NCBI GenBank assembly: GCA_033764315.1
Contig: JANRJA010000187.1
Coordinates: 1-64,000, forward strand
Length of the DNA: 64,000 nucleotides
Reading direction: 5' to 3'
From: Oculatellaceae cyanobacterium bins.114
GTDB lineage: Bacteria > Cyanobacteriota > Cyanobacteriia > Elainellales > Elainellaceae
Positions 8,232-16,380 of this stretch are shown piece after piece. The notes under the pieces were generated by a model. The model was not told the origin of the DNA, made no database searches, and saw only the letters and a program-made list of their open reading frames with translations. Each line of letters starts with the position of its first letter. Position 1 is the first letter of the stretch. Both the position numbers and the translations under genes were made by a program.

Positions 8232-10250
8232 ATGGCATCTCAAGATCAAAATATTGATGGCAGCAGAATTGATCATAGTGACCTGCGAATGGGGCAGGCA
8301 GATGGTGATTTAATTCAAGGCGATCGCAATACAATCACCAAGATCTATGTCGATCTCGTTGGGCAACAGCAACCCCAATGGACGGAAGGACAACAGCGCA
8401 TTTTGCAACGGATACAGCAGGATGTAAAGACACGGCTAGAGTTCACCCTGAATGACGATGAGGTGTTGATTCCGTTGCAGTTGCGAGATCAGGGCAAGCA
8501 GATCAGCCGAGGTTCCTTAAGACTGCGACGCAAACTGATAACGCCCCAGACGCAAGTAACCGATCTCAAACAAGAAATTTTAGAGGTATTTTGTCGCGCT
8601 GATGTTCAGGGGAAGCTACTCATTCTAGGCACGCCAGGAGCCGGAAAAACGACTACTCTGCTAACACTCGCACAAGAATTGTTAGCTGAAGCTTTGAAGA
8701 CACCCGGTACAACGATTCCGGTGATCTTTGAACTATCGACATGGACACCACAACATCGATCGCTTCAAGATTGGTTAATTGCCCAACTTAAGGAGCTATT
8801 CAACCTATCGCCCCAAGAAGGTGCTCAATGGCTAGAGAACGAGTTACTGTTGCCCTTACTGGATGGGTTAGATGAATTGGGCATGGAACGGCAACAGCAG
8901 TGCATTGCTGCGTTAAATACCTTCGCTCAACACTATCCGCGAGTGGTGGTGTGTTGCCGTGAGCAAGAATACCGCGAGGCAGGTGCCACTCTTGATGCGT
9001 TGCCGGGGCAGGTGTGTCTGGAACCCCTCACCGATCAGCAAATTGAACAGTATCTGCACGATCTGGGATTGGAGGCACTGTGGCACGACATCCAAACCTC
9101 TGCGACGATGCGCCCGATGCTAGAACCTGATGATGATGGCAATCTTGGCATTCTGCGGGTGCCCTTGCTGTTGAGCATGGCAGCCCTGACGTATGAGGGG
9201 CAACCGTTTACCAACCGAGCCGAGTTATATGAGGCGTATGTGGAGCAGCGGTTGCACTATGACACCCGCAAAGATGAGCGAGGCTGGCGGAGCAACCAAA
9301 TGCGAGAATGGGCATACAAAACCTCTGCCCAAGAACCCGATCGACAACAAACCCTACGAACGTTGCGGTGGATAGCGCGACAATTGCAGGACAATAACGC
9401 TGTAGAACTGCTGATTGAACGCATCCAACCCCGTTGGTTAGAGAAACCCCAGGCACGACGACATTATCGGCTGATTTTTGGGCTGATTGGTGGGCTGATT
9501 GGTGGGCTGATTGGTGGGCTGATTGGTGGGCTGATTGGTGGGCTGATTTTTGGGCTGATTGTTGGGCTGATTTTTGGGCTGATTGGTGGGCTTGATAATA
9601 TTGCACCTGTTGAGTCATTCAAAATTTCGATGTCGCACGACGTGCGACGAGAAATTTTTGCGAGTTTAAAACAGTATTTGATTGGTGGGCTGATTGTTGG
9701 GCTGATTGTTGTGCTGATTGTTGTGCTGATTGGTGGGCTGATTGGTGGGCTGATTGGTGGGCTGACTGGTGGGCTGATTGGTGGGCTGATTGGTGGGCTG
9801 AAGCAAGATTTGCAACTGCGATCGCGCCCTAACCAGGGCATCTGGAATTCACTGCAAAGTATGGTGTGGACAACTGCCTTCAGCTATCCTCTCGGCATTG
9901 TTTTTATCTTTGGACTTACAGAACTTCCCCGCATTGTTGCTCAAGGCGTTAGCCAAAAAGACAGTGTAGGAACAATTCTCGATGCTCTCTGGGCAGCTTT
10001 CCCACCCTTTTTAGTCACAGGCATCTTCGGGGCGTTGCTCTTTGGCTTTGCGGCAGGAGGTGGGCTTGCCTGCATTCAGCATCTCTGCCTCCGGTTCGTT
10101 CTCTGGCAGAGCGGCATTGCCCCCTGGAATCTGGCGCGGTTTCTCAACTATTGCGTCGAGCGGCGTTTGCTGCAACGGGTGGGGGGTCGCTATCGCTTCT
10201 TACACCGTGAGTTGCTCGACCATTTTGCAGTTCAGAACACGACAATTTGA
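8232..10250 (+). CDS. NACHT (STAND/NLR-like) NTPase with N-terminal Q/G/D motif and multi-pass membrane region containing GLIG repeats
   Basis: Walker [10 protein letters not shown], Walker [16 protein letters not shown] motif, C-terminal [13 protein letters not shown]. Confidence 0.92.
   Translation: MASQDQNIDGSRIDHSDLRMGQADGDLIQGDRNTITKIYVDLVGQQQPQWTEGQQRILQRIQQDVKTRLEFTLNDDEVLIPLQLRDQGKQISRGSLRLRRKLITPQTQVTDLKQEILEVFCRADVQGKLLILGTPGAGKTTTLLTLAQELLAEALKTPGTTIPVIFELSTWTPQHRSLQDWLIAQLKELFNLSPQEGAQWLENELLLPLLDGLDELGMERQQQCIAALNTFAQHYPRVVVCCREQEYREAGATLDALPGQVCLEPLTDQQIEQYLHDLGLEALWHDIQTSATMRPMLEPDDDGNLGILRVPLLLSMAALTYEGQPFTNRAELYEAYVEQRLHYDTRKDERGWRSNQMREWAYKTSAQEPDRQQTLRTLRWIARQLQDNNAVELLIERIQPRWLEKPQARRHYRLIFGLIGGLIGGLIGGLIGGLIGGLIFGLIVGLIFGLIGGLDNIAPVESFKISMSHDVRREIFASLKQYLIGGLIVGLIVVLIVVLIGGLIGGLIGGLTGGLIGGLIGGLKQDLQLRSRPNQGIWNSLQSMVWTTAFSYPLGIVFIFGLTELPRIVAQGVSQKDSVGTILDALWAAFPPFLVTGIFGALLFGFAAGGGLACIQHLCLRFVLWQSGIAPWNLARFLNYCVERRLLQRVGGRYRFLHRELLDHFAVQNTTI
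9468..9593 (+). repeat. 12-bp coding tandem repeat GGGCTGATTGGT (GLIG), array 1, about 10 units
   Basis: Read directly from the sequence. Confidence 0.95.
9675..9800 (+). repeat. 12-bp coding tandem repeat ([12 protein letters not shown]), array 2, about 10 units
   Basis: Read directly from the sequence. Confidence 0.95.
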
Positions 10251-10582
10251 CCGTTGCACTAGATCATTTGAGTGCGGAACACAACGCTTCGAGTTCAGAA
10301 CACGAATCATGCAGTTCAGAACACGACGATTTGACTTCTGAGGTTGACCCGTTGAGTTCAGAACCTAAATCATGCAGTTCAGAACACGACGATTTGACTT
10401 CTGAGGTTGACCCGTTGAGTTCAGAACCCAAATCATGCAGTTCAGAACACGACAATTGGACTTCTGAGGTTGACTCGTTGAGTTCAGAACCCAAATCATG
10501 CAGTTCAGAACACGACAATTGGACTTCTAAGGTTGACCCGTTGAGTTTACAACTCAAACCGTGCTGTTTATAACACAATGGT
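10226..10582. repeat. 21-bp subunit array organised into 63-bp higher-order repeats
   Basis: Units TGCAGTTCAGAACACGACGAT / TTGACTTCTGAGGTTGACCCG / TTGAGTTCAGAACCCAAATCA; four near-identical 63-mers at 10310-10561. Confidence 0.93.
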
Positions 10583-10626
10583 TGAAGATTTCTAGTTGGA
10601 GGTTGCGATTTCAGCACGATATTCAA
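10264..10626 (-). CDS. possible heptad-repeat (coiled-coil-like) protein encoded by the 21-bp array
   Basis: SELHDLG-SELNGST-SEVKSSC heptads. The opposite strand is also open (10247-10573), so coding status is uncertain. Confidence 0.3.
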   Translation of the reverse strand: MNIVLKSQPPTRNLQPLCYKQHGLSCKLNGSTLEVQLSCSELHDLGSELNESTSEVQLSCSELHDLGSELNGSTSEVKSSCSELHDLGSELNGSTSEVKSSCSELHDSCSELEALCSALK

Positions 10627-10974
10627 CAGATGATTCCCGATACGCTCACGCTTAACGAAATGGGGCGATCGACGTTTAATCTAATTCTATCGTTTTGTTT
10701 TGTGGGTGATATTGGCTACGACCCACACGATTTTTCAAAAACACTGGAGTCAGACTCAGAAATAAGTAACTGATCCATTCAAACAATAGAAATCAACTCT
10801 AAGAATAAACACACGCAGAATGCAGCATTTTAGTAAAAACGTAGAACAGCAACAGAAACTTCTATGAGTTCGTCCACCGTCTGTAAACTCATACAAATTT
10901 GCACTACAGCCATACGATTCAGCTATCAAAATATATTACAAAATTCCTTTCAATTGAGACAGGAATGTAAAGGT

Positions 10975-11613
10975 TCAAACTCCTGCAAATCCTTTAGCCG
11001 CGAGGGAGATTTCATGCCACGAAGGAGGGCGATAATCGCGGTTCACCCGTTGGTCTACATAACCGACCAGATCAGGCAGATCTTCGCTGCGAATTTCTCG
11101 ATTGAGAAACTGTTGCAGTTTGCTTTCCCAACCACTGGGATAATCACGAATGACAGGATGTTTGACAAGAACGGGCTGATAGTTTGCCTGTTGCATATCC
11201 ACAATGATGTCAAGCTTGAGAACTGCCAGCGATCGCACAAAAATTCCGGTTGCTGCAACGTTAAAGCCATCGTTTAACGATTTCTGTTTCAGCACAACCA
11301 CAAAATGTCCACCCGGTGGAATATCGTAAGGAACGTAGCTGTGCTCTTGGATGGGTTTAATCTCAACGTTGTAGCCCTTTGTGAGTCCTGCTTCTAGGGT
11401 TAACCCGTCATATTCTTGCTCAGGATGAGGAACGAAGATGGTGAATTGGTGTGGCGTTAACCACGGTGTTGTCATCGGTTCGTTAGTGTCATCTTGCTGC
11501 ATCTTATAGAGCTTGCGTAATTCTTGCCCCACATAGCTTTCCTGATTGCACAAATTAATCAGCGAGATGTTGAGTACACATTGGTCAAACTGAGTTGCGC
11601 CTAAGATTCTCAT
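10975..11613 (-). CDS. conserved hypothetical protein, likely cotranscribed with the NafY/NifX-like gene
   Basis: 212-aa ORF 10 bp downstream of 11624-12355 on the same strand. Confidence 0.75.
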   Translation of the reverse strand: MRILGATQFDQCVLNISLINLCNQESYVGQELRKLYKMQQDDTNEPMTTPWLTPHQFTIFVPHPEQEYDGLTLEAGLTKGYNVEIKPIQEHSYVPYDIPPGGHFVVVLKQKSLNDGFNVAATGIFVRSLAVLKLDIIVDMQQANYQPVLVKHPVIRDYPSGWESKLQQFLNREIRSEDLPDLVGYVDQRVNRDYRPPSWHEISLAAKGFAGV

Positions 11614-11623
11614 GATGATTCAC

Positions 11624-12355
11624 CTATACCAGAGATTTGTAGTTCTTAACGCGATCGCCTGCTGCAACACCCAAAATCTTGGCAAGCCAGGGGGGTGGTG
11701 AGATAGCGATCGCTTGCTGCAATTGCTGCAAAACCTCTCTCGCTGCGCCCCCCGCTTCTTGTTTCATGGGATAAATGCCTGCCTGAACCACTTTTGCCGC
11801 AGCGGGGCCGCCAATCGCCACAATGTAGAGCACATGACAATCGCGAATTAAGCTAACGCGAAACGCATTGCGATCTTCTGATAAATCAGCTTCTAATGCA
11901 GAGCGAATATCCACCAGTCGCAGTTCAGTTGCCGACAGTTGATAGATCAGATAACGCAAACAGGAGCCAAAATGAGCATCTAGCTGCTCTTGGTTGTTAG
12001 ACGCAACCGCAACTCGAATGGAACCCGGTAATTCACCTTCCTGGTATGGCTCAATAGGTGGCAACTGGTCTCTCTCATCCGTTTCTCCCCAAAGGATTCT
12101 CACCGCTTTTTTAAAGGCTGCAATGTCTTCAGCATTCGCATCTTCACCGTCTTCTTCGCCATCTAGCTCATAGGTTTGTCCTAGACCCGTCTTTAATTTA
12201 GTAACAGTAATTTTAGTTAACGCTTCCTCATCAATTTCATCTCCCAAATTGTCTTGTAACATCTCAATCATTTCACTGATAGAGACTCCCGTTAAAGCTC
12301 GGGTTGCTAGCGCAATCCTGAGGGCGACTTCATTTGAAATCCGCTGTTCACTCAT
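11624..12355 (-). CDS. dinitrogenase FeMo-cofactor carrier protein, NafY/NifX/NifY family, with N-terminal extension
   Basis: IRVAVASNNQEQLDAHFGSC, DCHVLYIVAIGGPAAAKVVQAGIYP, PPPWLAKILG. Confidence 0.85.
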   Translation of the reverse strand: MSEQRISNEVALRIALATRALTGVSISEMIEMLQDNLGDEIDEEALTKITVTKLKTGLGQTYELDGEEDGEDANAEDIAAFKKAVRILWGETDERDQLPPIEPYQEGELPGSIRVAVASNNQEQLDAHFGSCLRYLIYQLSATELRLVDIRSALEADLSEDRNAFRVSLIRDCHVLYIVAIGGPAAAKVVQAGIYPMKQEAGGAAREVLQQLQQAIAISPPPWLAKILGVAAGDRVKNYKSLV

Positions 12356-12494
12356 GGCTCATCCTTGCTATCTATACTCTTTCACGACAAACATTTAGAG
12401 ATCTGATTGTTTGTTGAGCCATGCTTCAGGATTGCGATCGCCATCCATCAAAAATATGGTTCATATTCACTATTAGCTGGGAACCCCTAGAACA

Positions 12495-12516
12495 TTTCGT
12501 ATGCACCAATACGAAA
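12495..12516. promoter_or_regulatory. NtcA-type site GTA-N8-TAC within extended palindrome TTTCGTA-TGCACCAA-TACGAAA
   Basis: GTA 12499-12501, TAC 12510-12512; about 140 bp upstream of the NafY-like gene. Confidence 0.6.
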
Positions 12517-12667
12517 CATCTCCACTGAGGTAATTTATTTTTGTAAATAAATATTCCGTTTTTTTTAGCTTTATCTCAAAATTGCAGATTCACTAAAATC
12601 ACCCTTTTAAGACCTTTTAAGATCTATGTCTCGATCAGACAGGGTTTAATTAAAGTCCTTATCAATC

Positions 12668-12706
12668 ACCCTAGATCAGACCCCTAGATCAGACCCCTAG
12701 ATCAGA
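12668..12706. repeat. 13-bp tandem repeat CCCCTAGATCAGA x3
   Basis: Read directly from the sequence. Confidence 0.85.
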
Positions 12707-12933
12707 CGATGTGCAACTCATTTGCACTCATTCCAACTCTATCTTTAGTCAGAAATTAGTTTAGATCATGACATCGTTGAGCCTGTCACAAAACACCCTA
12801 CTGTAGAAAAATTCTTTGCGGCGTGTCAGAAAAAGTAGAAGCTCTACCCCAAATCATCTTGAGTTTAGTTGCACCCACTGACTTCAATAACAACATGCAT
12901 AAATATTCTTGAAGCTTGTAGGCTAAAAGAAGG

Positions 12934-14145
12934 ATGTTCTTAAAGCCCACAGATATGACTGATTTTGGTGAACTTTTGAGGCACAAAATTGAAACCATCA
13001 CAGAAAGCTGGGTAGAAGCCGTCCAGCATGATAGTGACATCAAAACAACTCAAGAATTGACGTATAAATCAATTCGAGATAGTTTACCGAGAGTGCTGGA
13101 AGCGATGGCAACCATTTTGTCTCAAGCAGAGTCAAATGATGTCAAAACCTTAGTTGATGCTAGTTTAGAACACGGCGTACTGCGCTCAAATCAAGGATTT
13201 GAACCTTCGGAAATTGCTCGTGAATATCGCATTTTGCGCTCAGTGCTATTTTCCATGTTGGAAACAGATCTGATGTCGGGATCTCCTACAGAACTGCTGC
13301 GAGCCGTCAGGCTCATTGACACCGTTATTGATGAGGCGATCGCTCGTTGCTTTGACAGTTATACTCAAGGGCGGTTGTGCGAATTAGAACAACTTCAGAG
13401 CGAGTTAAAGTTGACCAATCAGGAATTGACTCGTTTAGTGCGGGCTAATCAATCAAGTCTGGCAGAGTTGGCTCACGAACTAAAAACGCCGCTCACCTCG
13501 ATCATTGGTTATTCAGATCTGTTTTTGCGCCAACATCGTCAAGATGATTCCACTAAAGACTCAATGCCCAATTTAGAAAACATTGAGCGGGTTCTGCAAT
13601 CGGGGCGACAACTCTTGCGATTGATCAATGACTCATTAGAGATCTCGCGATACGAGACGGGCAACATGCAATTTCAGTTTACGTCCGTTGAGGTTACACC
13701 CTTGATCTACTCCGTGATTGAGATGGTAAAACCGTTGACATATGGGAAATCACTGGATTTACAAGTAAATTGCGATCGCGCCCCTCAACAGGTTTCCACC
13801 GACCCACTCCGGTTACAGCAAGTGCTGACCAATCTGCTGAGTAACGCCATTCGCTATACCCAGCAGGGAACCGTGCAGTTAACCTGTGAAGTGACTTCTG
13901 CACAAGAGTGGGCCATTATCGTTGCCGATAGCGGCATTGGCATTGCCCTAGAAGACCAACAGACCGTATTTGAGCCTTACAAAAAAGGACAATTGGGCGA
14001 TCGCGCTAATGTAGTTGGCAGCACTGGACTGGGGTTAGCGATCGTCGATCGGTTAGTCAAACTGTTGCATGGCAAAATTTCTCTCATATCAGAACCCAAT
14101 GTAGGTTCGACGTTTAAGGTGATACTACCTTTGACAAAAGAGTAA
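12934..14145 (+). CDS. soluble sensor histidine kinase with RsbRD_N-like N-terminal domain (start may be 12955)
   Basis: H-box LAHELKTPL, N-box QVLTNLLSNAIRYT, G1 DSGIGI, G2 GSTGLGLAI; N-terminal EHGVLRSNQGF. Confidence 0.9.
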   Translation: MFLKPTDMTDFGELLRHKIETITESWVEAVQHDSDIKTTQELTYKSIRDSLPRVLEAMATILSQAESNDVKTLVDASLEHGVLRSNQGFEPSEIAREYRILRSVLFSMLETDLMSGSPTELLRAVRLIDTVIDEAIARCFDSYTQGRLCELEQLQSELKLTNQELTRLVRANQSSLAELAHELKTPLTSIIGYSDLFLRQHRQDDSTKDSMPNLENIERVLQSGRQLLRLINDSLEISRYETGNMQFQFTSVEVTPLIYSVIEMVKPLTYGKSLDLQVNCDRAPQQVSTDPLRLQQVLTNLLSNAIRYTQQGTVQLTCEVTSAQEWAIIVADSGIGIALEDQQTVFEPYKKGQLGDRANVVGSTGLGLAIVDRLVKLLHGKISLISEPNVGSTFKVILPLTKE

Positions 14146-14272
14146 ACGAACAAGATCTGAGGGCTGAGCCACCTCTTTACCCCTGTTCTCGTCATCGCCT
14201 AATACCCATTGAAACAGTCTTTACGACAGACCGTCGCCCCGAACTGATCCCCCTCAGTCCCCCTTATCAAGG

Positions 14273-14555
14273 GTACTGTGTACACAGATCTCTGTTTCCT
14301 TCCAAATGAGGTGCAGGGGTGTTGCATGCGTTTGGAACCCAGGCATTGGGGGAGTCTCCCCCAAACCCCCATTGGGGGACGCCACTGCCTCCCCCAAACC
14401 CCCTAGCAGACAGTGTTTCGGTTCATCCAAAGACGCGCTTCGCATCGGTTCCAAGTCCGGGTGTTTTGGGTGAGGACAAGCCCCTTAGCAAAGGCTCAAA
14501 GTCTCCCAAAGTTAGGAGATTTAGAAGGCTAAAAGGACTTATGTGTACACGGTAG
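14273..14555. mobile_element. 283-bp MITE with 14-bp imperfect TIRs and 10-bp target duplication CTTATCAAGG
   Basis: Ends GTACTGTGTACACA and TGTGTACACGGTAG; CTTATCAAGG at 14263-14272 and 14556-14565. Confidence 0.85.
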
Positions 14556-14713
14556 CTTATCAAGGGGAGGTTGGGAGGGGTCGCATTTGCAGCATTTGCA
14601 CTGGTTTCAAATCAATTTGGGGCTTATCCACTTAAGTTTTCATCGTTAATTCAAGCCGTCTTAAACTTCAGCCTGTAGAATGAAACAGCCTGTGTTTGCA
14701 CTAGGAGGTTGTC

Positions 14714-15226
14714 ATGCGTCTGACTCGTTGGCATCGAGTTTTAGCCCCTATTTTGCTCAGCCTATTGCTGTTAGTCTCGGCGTGTCGCTCTCCCGCAGAA
14801 CCGTCTCCCTTTGCTCAAACGCAACAAGAGACCACCCAACGCGATGCTCCAGCAGCGGTATCGGCTGAGGCTCAAGCAGGAGGTCAATTCAACCCATTCT
14901 TTCCCCGATCGGTAGAGGGGTATGAAATCGTGCCCGCTCAAGAAAAACAGGGCTTTGCCGAATATAAGGTGAATCAAAATGGCGTTAACGTTGCGATGTT
15001 AGCGATTAGCGACACAACTGGCACTCCTGCTGCCGCCAAATTTGAGGGAACTCCATTGGCGATCGCAGGTTACCCAGCGGTTGAGCAAGGACAAAACGCG
15101 ACTGCTATTCTGGTGAGCGATCGCTATCAGGTCAAAGTGCTCTCTCGCGACCCCTCTTTCACTAAAGAAGATCGCGCCGAGTGGCTCACCAAGTTTAATC
15201 TGGATGGTTTAGCAGGCTTGTCTTAA
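14714..15226 (+). CDS. putative lipoprotein of unknown function
   Basis: Signal peptide with lipobox LVSAC; AGGAGG RBS. Confidence 0.85.
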   Translation: MRLTRWHRVLAPILLSLLLLVSACRSPAEPSPFAQTQQETTQRDAPAAVSAEAQAGGQFNPFFPRSVEGYEIVPAQEKQGFAEYKVNQNGVNVAMLAISDTTGTPAAAKFEGTPLAIAGYPAVEQGQNATAILVSDRYQVKVLSRDPSFTKEDRAEWLTKFNLDGLAGLS

Positions 15227-15249
15227 AAAGGTGAGACGGTAAGAGGAGC

Positions 15250-15380
15250 AAACAGCTACTCATCTCATCACCCCATTCCCCATCACCTCATCGACTCGTC
15301 ATCCCGTCATTCACCCATCCTCTACATCAGCAACTGACCATTGACCACTAAACCATTGACCCATTGACCACTGACCCAAC
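15250..15380. repeat. degenerate short tandem repeats (CCCCATC-like and TGACCAT-like)
   Basis: Intergenic low-complexity 7-8-mers. Confidence 0.6.
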
Positions 15381-15394
15381 ATAAGGAGAAACCC

Positions 15395-16282
15395 GTGAGC
15401 AAACCGATTTATGAATTGATCGATCACTTGCCAACTGGTGGTTTAACGGTGATGGCGTTGCGATCGCTCGATTTCGTCATTCCGGGGCAGTGGCAAAACC
15501 TCACCGGATTTGAGAACACAATCCGCACGGTGACTGGAGAGAGTGACCCCCAACTGATCAAGCAAATTGGCGATCGCGCAATTACTCTGTTTAACGATAA
15601 ATCTCAGGGCTATCAACGGGCACTCTGGCTTTATCAAACTGTGGACTCGGCATCAGGGGCGATCGGCACAGCGGCTCTGGCAAACAAAGTCGGCCAGGAC
15701 ATTTCTTTCTTAGGGTTTCTTAAAAACCTCACCCCCAAGCCCGAAAAAGCTCAAACCATTGATCTGTGCGTCAAGTTAGTGGTGGAGTTAGTTGCCTTCT
15801 GCCAAATTAACGGCATCCCCGGTGACAGCATTGGCGATTTCTTAGCTGCCCTCAAAGATTATGGAGGCGAATCTTTGATGCGCATGGCAGCCCTAGTTTG
15901 TTTTGATGGCTTAATTCCCTTGGGGCCTGACTTTGCCCTCAAAGCGTTGTCTGCAATTAAGCAAATGACCCCCTCTGACCTGGAGCATAACCCAACCTTT
16001 AAAGCGGTGAATTCTCTGATCCCAGGGGGCAACTCAAAAGGACAACAGAGTTTTATCATCCAAAGTTTTGAATCAACCAAAGGCTGGATTGATAATTTTG
16101 TAGGCTCTCACAACCTGACACCCGACCAAGTAGTAGACCACTTAGTCCGCTTTGTAGAAGTCTCTAAAGATAAATTAGATTACCTGGGTGCCTACCTGGA
16201 TGTCGTTGTGAAATATTATGAGCACACGGGGGTTCAGACCTTGGCGCGGCGTTTGACTGAACGGGCAGTTGCCGAAATTTAA
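15395..16282 (+). CDS. conserved hypothetical helical protein
   Basis: 295-aa ORF, GTG start with AAGGAG RBS. Confidence 0.85.
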   Translation: MSKPIYELIDHLPTGGLTVMALRSLDFVIPGQWQNLTGFENTIRTVTGESDPQLIKQIGDRAITLFNDKSQGYQRALWLYQTVDSASGAIGTAALANKVGQDISFLGFLKNLTPKPEKAQTIDLCVKLVVELVAFCQINGIPGDSIGDFLAALKDYGGESLMRMAALVCFDGLIPLGPDFALKALSAIKQMTPSDLEHNPTFKAVNSLIPGGNSKGQQSFIIQSFESTKGWIDNFVGSHNLTPDQVVDHLVRFVEVSKDKLDYLGAYLDVVVKYYEHTGVQTLARRLTERAVAEI

Positions 16283-16380
16283 ACTCACATCCTAGTGATT
16301 TCATTAAAACCTCGCAGTCCCCCCCTTTCGCTAGGCTGATTCTCTTGCAAGAATAGAGTAGTGGACGATGCAACACAACT

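Noticed and set aside
9208..9841. Antisense ORFs with QSAH and ISPP repeats
   Set aside because: Shadows of the GLIG repeat arrays on the coding strand.
10226..10582. CRISPR array
   Set aside because: The segments between repeats are themselves near-identical, so there are no unique spacers; no cas genes are in the window.
12934..14145. Missing kinase half of the split KdpD
   Set aside because: No TM helices or KdpD-like region; different input domain.
14254..14555. Short ORFs within the MITE
   Set aside because: Low-complexity translations of hairpin DNA; no transposase motifs.
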